A stretch of DNA of 64,000 nt, from the NCBI GenBank assembly GCA_964035545.1, contig OZ037771.1, forward strand, positions 3,235,628 to 3,299,627, in the 5' to 3' direction. The notes under the pieces were generated by a model, which was not told the DNA's origin, did not search any database, and worked only from the letters and a program-made list of their open reading frames with translations. This DNA is from Bugula neritina (Eukaryota > Animalia > Bryozoa). Positions 43,428 to 55,021 of the stretch are shown in pieces; the first letter of the stretch is position 1, and every line of letters begins with the position of its first letter. The position numbers and the translations under genes are program-made.

Positions 43428-44799
43428 ATGAATTACTTATTTCTCACCATTGTTGGTGAAGTGTCTCTATTTCAGTTATTACATTTTATGCATAGAACTT
43501 AAGGTATACATACTACTTTTTGTTTAAATGGTTGAGATGATCACTGAACTTTTTGGGGAGTAATTTAACTAATTAAGAAAGAAGATTATTAAATTAAAAG
43601 TGAGAGAAAATATTTAATGAAAACAAAAATCAAATAAAAATAATAATTTTAAAATATTGCATGATATTTGATTCAAAGTTATTAAATCAAAAGCCTTTTC
43701 TATTAGATGTTTTAAAAATGTATACTTGACCAAATACACGAAAAATTATAATACGTTGGAATAAACCTAAACATTTAAAATAAAATTTCTATTCTTTATT
43801 TCAATATTGTTATAAAATAACTACTACAAACAACTTGTATCACAAACAGCCAGTGTCTACTCAGCTGGTAAACTACTGCAGGTCTATTCATCACTCATAG
43901 TCTGGCACTAGATGATTGCGACAGCTTTGCTTGCGCTGCCTTCTACGACCCGATATGCGGCTCTGACGGCAAAACTTACTGTAAGTATGAGTAGAGCCTC
44001 CATACAATCTGTTAATACACTAACAGCTCAACAGGCAATATGGTAGCAAAGTTCTTACAATTCTTATGAAAAACAGAGACCATAATATATTCTACAAAAT
44101 TTTAGTTATTGAACCGACGTCTTCCAACTTACAAGCTAGTATACTACGTTTCACATTATAGGAGCTACTAGGAAATCACCAACCTTGTAGTTATGAGTAA
44201 CAAATAGTTTGCTAAGGTTAGATATACTAAACATTAGTCTAGCTACTATTCTCTTGGCTTAGATTACTGAAATAGTATAATTTACACTCCTTTTAGCTAA
44301 CCGATGTGAACTGAGCAGAGCTACTTGTAAAGATGGAAGTGTTGCTATTCAATACAGAGGTGAATGTCAGGCTCAGTCAGCTAAGAAATGTCCTGAGATC
44401 TGTCCAGCTTTATGGGCTCCCATCTGTGCAAGTGATGGCCAGACCTATGGTGGGTAAACCTGTGCTAATTATATACGTATATAAAGCTTGTGAAGTTTGA
44501 ATATACCTTGTCATTTATTCGGCTTTCGACTTCGATATTTTCAAATTGTTTAATTTTGGTAAGTCAGTGGTAAGTCTACAAATATTTCTTAGAATTGGAA
44601 ATAAGCAAAAAATATGCAAGGCTATATCCCATAAAATGGTCTTAGACAAACATTATAACTATTACTTGAATTGTAATTCAACATAGCATACTTGTCAGGA
44701 GATGTAATTTGAACTGTAGGCAGCAAGTGCGAGATGGATGCTGCCAGTTGTAGGAGTGGGAAGACAATAAAAAAAGTCCACTTTGGAATTTGTGCTTAA
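43428..44799 (+). CDS. Secreted Kazal-type inhibitor 3 (2 Kazal domains)
   Basis: Exons 43428-43455, 43882-43980, 44297-44449, 44720-44799. [20 protein letters not shown] and CPALWAPICASDGQTYGSKC. Confidence 0.9.
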
Positions 44800-45797
44800 C
44801 TGGAAACATACTGCGTAAAATAAGGTAATCGGGCTATGATTGGAAAATATTCTATTAAACTTTATAGCATGTAATTACCTTTAAAAACCTTACAGCCAGT
44901 TCATTGAACTTCATTTTTTTCTTTTTAATCACAAGAAATAAATACTAAAGTAATAATTTATATTCTAATACATAGATAAATATTAATGTTCTAGAATTAT
45001 CAGACAATACTGATCTTATGAATTTACAGATAGCCTATGCTCTCCAAAGGGCTTGCAGCTGTCATATGGGGGGACAGGTGACATCAAACCCAAGTTGATT
45101 GAGATAAGAGTTCCCACAGACTTTGTTGCACCCTGTACTTTGTAATAAAATACTTTCTGGTGTACTTTATTTGTAAAATATACTCGGTGTGCAATATCTT
45201 ATGAACAAATAATTACATCTACAAAATTGAGTTGTAATATATTTCTTTAACGTAGAATAATTGGTGCATCATGCTCATGCTTCAAATGCCAACAAAGCAA
45301 CACTTGGTTTAATATTGTATAATACGCTCTGAAGATATGATTTGATATAACTTAAAGCCAACTTACACCATCTTTTTGGAACAACTTTTAAAAATTGAAA
45401 ATAAAAACATCTCATTCATCGTAGTTGTGCTCTCTCTGCATACAAAAGAAGGCAACTACTGAATCTACTTGAGAACAGTTATAAATATCTGTCTTCTACA
45501 TGTTGTTTAATGTAACGGGCAACTACGTTTTGCAGTATGCAAAAATTTTGGCCTGCTGCATGTTAATTTGAAAGTTATTGAAATTTTTGTAGACCCTCAT
45601 CATTGAATAAAGCTGAAAAAGTTTATGTAAGAAAAAATTTAGCTCAAATAGCGTAGAACAGTGGTAGATTAATGTAGTTACTTTATCATTTACCAAGAGA
45701 CATAATATAACTGTATATTTCTATTGCTACATACATGATGTCTAACTAACTCATAGCAAGTAAATATGAAATAGTCCTTGTATTATAGCATACAGAG

Positions 45798-46659
45798 TAT
45801 AGAATGACACTCTTTGCTATGACTCTTGCTTTAGAGTGACACTCTAGCTTATACAGCCTGACTAGGAATAGGGAGGGTTTTAGACGTGATCAGAGTTTAT
45901 TTGAGTCACCAATGTTGATCAAATACTGACCAAATGCTGACCAAACACTGACCGTAAAAACTAAAATAATAATGATACAACATAAGGCATAAGGCAAACA
46001 AAATGTACGTAATATAATAAGTATGTTTGTAAAAGCACTAGCAATGTATATCATAAATTGTAGATAGCAGCATGAAATAATGATTCAACATAGCATGCAA
46101 CTACAGCCCATATTATTAAAAACTTTATAACATAAAAATGTAATAACGATATATAATTGTAAATAGATGTTCATTACCTCTTTTCTCTCTCTCCTAGTCT
46201 ACTGTTATGTTAATGCTGTGGCTTTGCACAGTCTTTCAAATAATGCTACTCTTTGGTAGTCTTACATAAACTTAATGCTGTCCAAACTGACAGCATGACT
46301 CTAACAATATTGCAACTACTAAAAATGGTTTTGTCTTATATACTAATCCATTTGATAAACATTATTGTGTTGTAAGAGGTATGATTTTACAATTTACTAT
46401 TTCGGGGTAGGATCTTACTGTTTCAAGAAGTGGGCTGAAGTAAACAAGCATGTGTGACATCACAGCTGATGCAAGCATAACTGCTGACTATGAATCATTC
46501 TACATGCGTAGCTACTGTTTTGGGGTAGTAATTAAAGAAGCATTAGGTAGACTACTAGCAGCTAGTGGTTAGGCTAATTTGAGGTTGATGACATTGTGAT
46601 TGTGTGTGATTGTACTACAAGTTATAATATCTGTAAACATCCTATTTCGTAACATTACA
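45798..46659 (-). repeat. BEL 3' LTR (862 bp, TG...TA)
   Basis: Matches 50357-51218; preceded on the minus strand by the polypurine tract AAAGGGGGGAG (46670-46660). Confidence 0.95.
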
Positions 46660-46779
46660 CTCCCCCCTTTAATTTCTCTCTATTCACTTAGAGGGAATTA
46701 ACAATTATATTATTATGCATTTAAAATACTAAGCTAAAATACTAATATAGGTATGCAAGCAAAGGTTATGGGGTAAATA

Positions 46780-47046
46780 GGTAAATTAATTTTTATGGAT
46801 AGGCCTATCTAAGTATGTGGGTGGAGCTAGTCTCACATCTTTACTGTTCAACTCTGTAGTTGCTAGTTGTACTTTTACCTTACGAATTAAGTCATCTCAG
46901 TTCCATGTGTTTCTATCTCACTTACACAATTGTCTTTACTTAGCCTGTAATATTCATCTAAAAATGACTCTTTTTGTACCCACTGCATTACAAGATGTTT
47001 AGCATCTGTCAAGTCAATAATTGTGAGTCTGGGAGTTATGCTACCT
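46780..47046 (-). pseudogene. Fragmentary remnants of BEL pol (post-RNaseH segment and extreme C-terminus)
   Basis: Short pieces in different frames: LTIIDLTDAKHLVMQWVQKESF and DDLIRKVKVQL..TYLDRPIHK, typical of BEL pol ends. Confidence 0.7.
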
Positions 47047-49788
47047 TTATGCTTTACTAATCTTTTTCTTTTTGGGGTGATACACGCCAAAGTGGGGAAT
47101 GTACCACTGATGGTTGCTTGCCTCACAAGTTGTAGGTACCAATTCTGCATCGCCATTGTTTGTTATGTCTGTCATGAATGCCACGTAATCTGTTCCATAT
47201 TTCTGGTCTTTAAGGAATTTAGATTTGAGGGTATCAAGTCTGTGCACAGCTAATTGTCTATTGCCTGGTAATTGTGGCTTAGCATTTTTAAACGGCAGTG
47301 GCATGCTGTAATAATTGCCTTCTCTTTGTTTAATATTGTTGCGCATGTTATCTAAAAACTTGGCATCTTCCTGTGACATTTTATGAGTACCAATGTACTT
47401 TGTGTCAGTATAATCTTGCTGTAGGACATTCAAGATATCTGAGCTCAAGTTCTGCTCATGAGCCATAGCCCTATTGCATGTGGGAAATGAGTTTGTTTCA
47501 TGCTTACCACTATTGCCTACAATACACCATCCTAGAGGTGTTCTCAGAGCAAAGGGATCATTGATTGCAGGGCCTATTTTAGTTTCAAGTGGCACTAAAG
47601 CTCTGGAGTTGTCATACCCTATAAGCATTCCTATCTCTATATCTAAACCTTGTGGTATTTCACCTGCAATGCATTTAAGGTGTGGCCATCTAGTGGCAAT
47701 TTCTGGTGTGGGTATGTGCTGCTTGTTAATTGGAATGCTGTCCCTACTGTAAGTCTTTCCTACTTGTATCTGCTCATGCATGTTCAGTCCTCTAATGGTC
47801 AAGTTATTGTACACCTTACACTTCATTTCCAAGTTGTCCGCTGTCATTGTTGTTAGTTTAAGAGAAACTGGTTTGCTTGTAGCTGTTTGTAGCTTACTAA
47901 CAACTTGGTTAGTTACAAATGTGGTATCTGACATGCTATCTAAGAGTGCATAAGTTAGCACTTCCTCATTAGGGTTATCTACAGTTGCTAGGTATATAGG
48001 CACAACCATTGAGCACAAGCCATTTGTTTTAGCCACTGTATTGTTGCTGTTAGCTGTTACTTGCTCTGGGTTGTTGCTACTTGCTACTTCATTTACCTGC
48101 ACTGTTTCTACTTTGGTATTGCTGTTGTTAGCTTGTGTAGCTGGCTGATTGCTTCTATGTGTTACAGTAGGATGCCTTTTTTGGCATATTTTACAAGTGG
48201 CTCTATTTCTGCATTCTTTTGTCATGTGACCTATTCTCAAGCAACCAAAGCATAATCTTTTACTAGTAATGAACTGTTGTTTTTGGTCAACTGGTATGCT
48301 AGCCAGTTTTCTACACTCATGTGTGCTATGATTACTGTAATTGCAGTAGAGGCATAGTTTAGCTTTGTGGTTTTCTGTACTTTTAACATCAGGAGAATGC
48401 TTTTCTATGCTAGTAGCAAAGCTAATGCCATTGTTGTGCTTTTGAGGCTTATGTGAGTCTATAACCCTTGAACCTGACAAAGATGAGGTAATTGGATCGT
48501 TTAGGATTTCTGCTTCTGTTTGCACAAACTTTACAAACTGACTAAAACTGGGGTAACTCCTGTGATTTTTCCTATGTGTGGTTACCTCCCGCTTCCATCT
48601 GTTTATCATGTTATCTGGCAGCTTGGAAATGAGCTCAAGATTCTTTTCGCAATCATTTAAAATTTCCAACTTTTTAATATCTTTTGCTGCTATTTCACAA
48701 TGTGTGAGGAAGTCAGAAAATGATTGTATCTGCTTATGTTCATGTGGTTTCATTTTGGGCCAAGCATTAATTTTCTTTCGAAATTCGTTAGCAACTGTGA
48801 ATTCTGACCCAAATCTTTCTTTCAAAATTATTCTGGCCTTTTGGTATGCTGCTAGTGTATGTAAACTGCATAGGCCACTAATTGCTTCTCTAGCAGGTCC
48901 ATCAACATGCTGTTTCAAGACATACATTTTACCATCATCACCTATCATTTTATCCTTGATGTAACTCTCTATGGCATATTCCCAATCTATAAAGTCTAAG
49001 GGATTTCCCCTAAATATTGGTGGCTTCGGCACATTGTTGGCTTGTATTGCTTTTGTTAAGCATGTGGCCAGGTATTCATTACTGCATGTAGAATGCTGTG
49101 ATTCATTGTTTTGCATGCTGCCTATTTGCTGTGGTTGGTTGCTTTGCAAAACTTCTACTGGCCTACTAAAAATAACTTCACTATTGCTTTCCTGATTCAC
49201 TATTGGTTGGCAATTATCTAAATACTCTGCTAGCTCATCTCTAACATCTACATCATGTTCCTCTATTATTTCCTGCCTTATTCTCAGTTGTTTCTGTTTT
49301 TCTAACAGCTTACTTTTACTTAGTTCCAACTGGACATTGGCTAACTGCCTTTTTAGCTCAGCCTGTCTTTGCATGGCTTCCATTTCACTTTCTAATTGTG
49401 CAACTTGCAATTTTGTCTTGGCTGAGATGAATGAGCTTGCTTTTGATGTGTGTTTACTGCTAGCATGTACTGAATGGCTTTCGCCCTTACATTGTTCATG
49501 TATACTGTTAATTTGCTGTGTTAAGTCCTCAAGGTGAGGATGACTTGGAGCTAATGACTTTAGAATTGCTAAGTCAGCATCTGCATCTAACATAATTCGT
49601 TGCATGTCATCCCAAAATTCATTATCATGATTGTCTGTTGCTGCATGCCTACTTCTAAACCTTTTAATTGCACTTGTGATAGATTTAAACCTTTTTTCTA
49701 CCTCTAATTGTTTTCCCTTTGTAGATAGGGTTTTGACTCGGCTGCTAATCCTAATGCTATTACTACATGTGGATGTGTCATCATTCAT
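47047..49788 (-). CDS. BEL/Pao Gag + aspartic protease + truncated RT start (913 aa)
   Basis: Coiled coil; PPIFRGNPLDFIDWE (DUF1759-type gag); knuckles CLYC..H..C, CFGCLRIGHMTKEC, CKICQKRH..H; protease YALLDSMSDTTF; PFALRTPLGW; RT start WYIPHFGVYHPKK, then an abrupt end. Confidence 0.92.
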   Translation of the reverse strand: MNDDTSTCSNSIRISSRVKTLSTKGKQLEVEKRFKSITSAIKRFRSRHAATDNHDNEFWDDMQRIMLDADADLAILKSLAPSHPHLEDLTQQINSIHEQCKGESHSVHASSKHTSKASSFISAKTKLQVAQLESEMEAMQRQAELKRQLANVQLELSKSKLLEKQKQLRIRQEIIEEHDVDVRDELAEYLDNCQPIVNQESNSEVIFSRPVEVLQSNQPQQIGSMQNNESQHSTCSNEYLATCLTKAIQANNVPKPPIFRGNPLDFIDWEYAIESYIKDKMIGDDGKMYVLKQHVDGPAREAISGLCSLHTLAAYQKARIILKERFGSEFTVANEFRKKINAWPKMKPHEHKQIQSFSDFLTHCEIAAKDIKKLEILNDCEKNLELISKLPDNMINRWKREVTTHRKNHRSYPSFSQFVKFVQTEAEILNDPITSSLSGSRVIDSHKPQKHNNGISFATSIEKHSPDVKSTENHKAKLCLYCNYSNHSTHECRKLASIPVDQKQQFITSKRLCFGCLRIGHMTKECRNRATCKICQKRHPTVTHRSNQPATQANNSNTKVETVQVNEVASSNNPEQVTANSNNTVAKTNGLCSMVVPIYLATVDNPNEEVLTYALLDSMSDTTFVTNQVVSKLQTATSKPVSLKLTTMTADNLEMKCKVYNNLTIRGLNMHEQIQVGKTYSRDSIPINKQHIPTPEIATRWPHLKCIAGEIPQGLDIEIGMLIGYDNSRALVPLETKIGPAINDPFALRTPLGWCIVGNSGKHETNSFPTCNRAMAHEQNLSSDILNVLQQDYTDTKYIGTHKMSQEDAKFLDNMRNNIKQREGNYYSMPLPFKNAKPQLPGNRQLAVHRLDTLKSKFLKDQKYGTDYVAFMTDITNNGDAELVPTTCEASNHQWYIPHFGVYHPKKKKISKA

Positions 49789-50356
49789 TGTTGCTGTGTT
49801 AGTAATAGAGACAGTTAGTGATAAGCATGCATTTACTTACTTACAGCTATTTTATAACCTAAATTCAATAGGAAAACTAGTTTGGACTGGTTTGTCAAGA
49901 ATTTCACAACAGCTACTGCAAACAAACAGCTGATGCCAGCACAGGGATTGCACCCAACTGCCCAATCAGAAACAGGGAGATCCTAATTAATTTTATGGGG
50001 CTTTGACACAATGTCTATCAAATGGAGTTTCTATAATTACAATACTTCAAAAAATAAATCTGCATGCAAGCCTAACTATTCTAATAACTTTCCATTCAAC
50101 TATTTCCTTTATAATTATGTCACTTATATGTGAAGGTGAGGGTTATATGGTAATCTCTCACCAATCTGCTGATTCCAGGTCACCTTTGTATGTAGTTGAG
50201 AGTAGTTGAGAATAATCCTGATAAATGTTAGTAATGTTTATATAGTTGAGGTGGGTAGAAGTGAGGTTCTCCTTGTGGTTGTCTTACGTTTGTCGACTTC
50301 TTTTGTTGGACTTGAGAAAGAGTTTTTACTCCCGGACTTTGAGAAAGAGTTTTTAC

Positions 50357-51218
50357 TATAGAATGACACTCTTTGCTATGACTCTTGCTTTAGAGTGACA
50401 CTCTAGCTTATACAGCCTGACTAGGAATAGGGAGGGTTTTAGACGTGATCAGAGTTTATTTGAGTCACCAATGTTGATCAAATACTGACCAAATGCTGAC
50501 CAAACACTGACCGTAAAAACTAAAATAATAATGATACAACATAAGGCATAAGGCAAACAAAATGTACGTAATATAATAAGTATGTTTGTAAAAGCACTAG
50601 CAATGTATATCATAAATTGTAGATAGCAGCATGAAATAATGATTCAACATAGCATGCAACTACAGCCCATATTATTAAAAACTTTATAACATAAAAATGT
50701 AATAACGATATATAATTGTAAATAGATGTTCATTACCTCTTTTCTCTCTCTCCTAGTCTACTGTTATGTTAATGCTGTGGCTTTGCACAGTCTTTCAAAT
50801 AATGCTACTCTTTGGTAGTCTTACATAAACTTAATGCTGTCCAAACTGACAGCATGACTCTAACAATATTGCAACTACTAAAAATGGTTTTGTCTTATAT
50901 ACTAATCCATTTGATAAACATTATTGTGTTGTAAGAGGTATGATTTTACAATTTACTATTTCGGGGTAGGATCTTACTGTTTCAAGAAGTGGGCTGAAGT
51001 AAACAAGCATGTGTGACATCACAGCTGATGCAAGCATAACTGCTGACTATGAATCATTCTACATGCGTAGCTACTGTTTTGGGGTAGTAATTAAAGAAGC
51101 ATTAGGTAGACTACTAGCAGCTAGTGGTTAGGCTAATTTGAGGTTGATGACATTGTGATTGTGTGTGATTGTACTACAAGTTATAATATCTGTAAACATC
51201 CTATTTCGTAACATTACA
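50357..51218 (-). repeat. BEL 5' LTR (862 bp) containing a putative 217-nt GT-AG intron (50736-50520) and an AATAAA
   Basis: Matches 45798-46659. Minus strand reads GAGAAAAGAG|GTAATG ... ATTATTTTAG|TTTTTACGG, with AATAAA ~60 nt further downstream. Confidence 0.9.
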
Positions 51219-51410
51219 CAGAGTTATATTTCACTTTTAGTATTCCAAAATAATAACTTTTATTATCATGTAAGAAAAAAATTTGTAAGTGTTAACTAGG
51301 ATATTGTGCATTATCTCACCCCCTTCTTCTCCACCTCTGGTTACTTACTTGTCATACTTGTAAAGAGGAAACAGCTACACACTTGACATCTGGCTCTCAA
51401 AAGATACACA

Positions 51411-53025
51411 ATGAACTGTTTACTTCTCATCACTGCAGCTGGTGAGCTACTTCTATCCTAATAAACTAATGTCTATTGTTATTTCATAAAAGCTTTAAGT
51501 TATCAAAGTTTTTGATTTAGCTTATCATTTTACCAAAATAAAATAATAATATAAAAACTATAAAGCAACTATATAGCGATGCATATTTTGAAAAAAAAAT
51601 TCAAATATGTCTTTCAACAAAAAATTAACATCTGCTTTCGTTTCTTTTTCACTCAAATTTTTATTATTTCACAGTAAAGTTATCTACTAATAGTTTAGTT
51701 ATTGTTCTAGAAATAATATTAAATCTTTGAAAATTTGCAGGTCTGTTTATTGGCCAGAGTTTAGCCAAAGACTGTAACCCCATCTGTCCAGCTGTATATA
51801 ACCCAGTTTGTGGATCTGATGGCAAGACTTACTGTGAGTATATGACAAACACAGTATAAGTATTGTTGACAAGAAATTGTACGTGTGTTCAAAAAATAAT
51901 AATTAACTCACCAAAACCCACAATATATTTGACTAGCATTTTGCCTCCAAGTCAGTTTAGTAAAAAAAAATTCATATATCATGATTTTAAAAGTGTCTTC
52001 AAATATTAAATTATATAAGAATAAGTGTTTACTTTAAAGCAGTAATTGAGAACCATACTAATTGCTATTGGCATTTTCTGTGTTAATTTTTAAAGAACTA
52101 AATTTCAAAACCACTGTATTAAAAATCTTCTTTGATATTGAACTTCAAACAATATATAATATGATTCAGTAAACTAGTAATTTTGAAGTTATTTTAAAAC
52201 AATAAAGTCAATAAAAATCTATTCAACTATAAAAATACTAAAAATATTTACGGTATCTTCTTTGTAAGATATTGTCACAAATTCCCTCCCTTCTAGCGAA
52301 CAAGTGCCAGATGGGCGTGGCTAGCTGTAACAGTGGCAAGGAGATATCCCTAACCAAATATGGCCGCTGCTCTTCACATTCTAACATTGTCACTCGATCG
52401 GCTAAAAGAAACTGTCTAATGCGCTGTCTTGCTGTCTACTTACCAGTCTGTGGCAGCGACGGAAGAACTTACAGTAAGTCTGTAGGAACTTACCTCTACA
52501 ATATATTAGTATCTGTCAAATTGTGCAGCATTTCATATAAGCTTAGGGTTTTTATAAGTGGGTTTTTTAAGATAAAAATGAGTTGTAATAAAATATTATA
52601 TGTGGGATATTTATATGTAAACAATTGCACATGTTTCATGTCTTTTCTATATGTAAGTTGACTTATATTTACTTGATACAATAAGCTTTACATACAACTG
52701 TGCAGAAGTATATTAGTGAATAGCAATTGTTCATCACTAGCAAACTTTTTGCTTTAAAACTCTTCAATAAGTATTGAAAAAATAATTTTGCCCCTACTGG
52801 GAATCAAACCTGGCTTGCAAGCAAGTGTGCTAACCATTACAACACGGGAACCACTGGGTAAACTCATTACTACAAGTATTTTATTTTATGCCACATCAAT
52901 TGTGCTTTTATTAAATTAAACATTTACCTATGTTTTTAAACTTTTCAGGTAACTCTTGTTCACTGAGAGGATATAACTGCCGTAACAACAAGAAGGTGTC
53001 CATGAAATCAAAAAGAAGATGTTAA
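51411..53025 (+). CDS. Secreted Kazal-type inhibitor 4 (2 Kazal domains)
   Basis: Exons 51411-51441, 51741-51833, 52297-52473, 52949-53025. [20 protein letters not shown] and CLAVYLPVCGSDGRTYSNSC. Confidence 0.9.
52776..52873 (-). mobile_element. 98-bp tRNA-derived insertion with 7-bp target-site duplication
   Basis: Minus strand GGTTCCCGTGTTGTAATGGTTAGCAC..GGTTTGATTCCCAG (A and B boxes), then a T-run. Flanked by AAGTATT (52769-52775, 52874-52880); absent from the paralogous intron of gene 2. Confidence 0.6.
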
Positions 53026-55021
53026 TTCTGCAGTTCCTACTGGACCGTTCCTAGGTCAGGACAAAGTCACAAGAAAAACAAATACTTTAATCGTCATAAA
53101 TTTGACTAGTGTATGACTTGAATGTATGATTGAACATGTTTGAACATGAAAAATAAATTAATTCCATGTTACATAAATGTGCTAAAATTTACAAAAACTT
53201 CGACAGCCCCATAATTCTTTTTCTTGACATGAAATCATACTTTGTGGTTTACTTTGGTAAACTATTATGTAATGTTTTAATTCAATATCAAGCTTCATAT
53301 AATTCAAGTTGGCCATCTGCCATCTGCCATCTAATGATGTTCTGCATGAAACAATGATACGGAAGTAGATGGGTCTTCAACATTTCCTGTTTTGCCCCCA
53401 TATTGAGTTTGTCAACCAGCTTATTGTGATAAAATGACTCAAACTATTGTTGGTACAAAGTTGAAGCATTTTATTGGTTAACATACATTACCTTGTATGG
53501 TCATTATATGTAGCAGCTGACAGATGTCAACTGCAGGTCAAGCCAATTGGAAATAGACTTAGTTAGCTATTTCAAAAAGACTAGTACATCTCAGCTGTAC
53601 AGTTTTACCAAACATGTTGAAAAAAAGGCTTTATATACTATTACATATTATAAAACGCAAACACTCAAGTAATAAGTCAAGGTATATAAAATATCAATAT
53701 AAATGTTCTACATTACTTGTGCAGTAGCTACTTTACAAAGTTTTGCAGCAGTGAGCATATGACATCCAATCAAAAAGAGTCATTTCCAGTTTATTTGTTA
53801 CATCAACAAAGTATCTCGTAGAGCACTTTATTTGTAAAATATAAAAGGTGATTATTGAAAAATATGTCATCCTTTGATGCTCTACGGTAATCAATGTGTG
53901 GGCATCTCATGGCCAAATAATAAAATTGTTTTGTATTTTCGCATCACATTTCTTTAGCATAGAATGATTGGTATATAATGCCTAAATGCAATAGAAAATA
54001 CTTGGTTATACATCATCATCACATTTGAGTTGTCCGACCATAAATCTTTTTGTAACACTATAAATTTAAAGGTTTACGGCATTAAAAATCTTACTAATAA
54101 AGACTTGGTAGTAAATCAATAAATAAACTTATAAAATTGATTGCACCGTTTTAAAAAGTCATCTACAAAATTAAGTTATAGCCTCCTTGTCAAATTTACC
54201 ATTTCTAGATGTCAAAATAAACATCACACCATAACTGTCAAATCATTACAATCCTAGGAAGTAATAATCTAATAAAATATGTGTAGTCACTGAACGGATT
54301 ATCAACTTTATCTAGATATATATGATTTTATGATTATTCCACATATATTATCATATAGGTTTGTTCTTAGCCTATATTATTTAAAACAATGGTATGCTGT
54401 CAGGTAGTTTGTAGATTGCATTAAAGAAAAGTAGGAGTCGTTTATTTGAACAGATTTCAATGTATTATATTTCAGAAATTTGAGACAAGTAAAATTAAAG
54501 CACACAACAGCTGTTTTGAATAAAATAAACAATATTACATTAGTTTTACAAAACCTTGCTTATAGGTGTGACAACTTCAGATTAGTTGTTTACTAATAAT
54601 TAAATTTACAAGCACTGTTGGTTGGTGCCTCAGCATACACCAATTAGGAATTAGAAAGCTTTTAGGCACATTAAACCCAGAACAATTATACTGATTAGGA
54701 TTTCAAGCGTTATCTACCACCCCACCAGCTACATCTGGCACTAGTCTCACACTTAAGGGGCGGATAGAGATCATAAAAATACTTCCATATTTAAACAAAC
54801 GTTAAGAAAAACGCTAAACATTTTTGCAGTTTTAAAGTACACTTTAACATTTTCAAGCAACAAATTTACTGACTTAATAAAACATTTATTAACAGGCAAA
54901 ACTAACTATTTAGTCACTCACAACTTTGGTATTATTTCCACTCAATCAGATTACAAATTCCAGCGTAATTTAAAACTTACCTCAAGCTATTTCTAAAGTT
55001 GTCTTTGTGTGGACAAGAAGC

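Larger units (their letters stand above)
45798..51218 (-). mobile_element. Internally deleted (non-autonomous) BEL/Pao LTR retrotransposon
   Basis: Two 862-bp LTRs (45798-46659, 50357-51218), apparently identical by eye; TSD CAGAG (45793-45797, 51219-51223); PPT; gag-PR ORF with BEL-type triple zinc knuckle; most of RT/RH/IN is missing. Confidence 0.95.

Noticed and set aside
47474-49933. Several plus-strand ORFs antisense to BEL gag-PR (and minus-strand ORFs within Gypsy pol)
   Set aside because: Short shadow ORFs of a long coding frame with no recognisable motifs.
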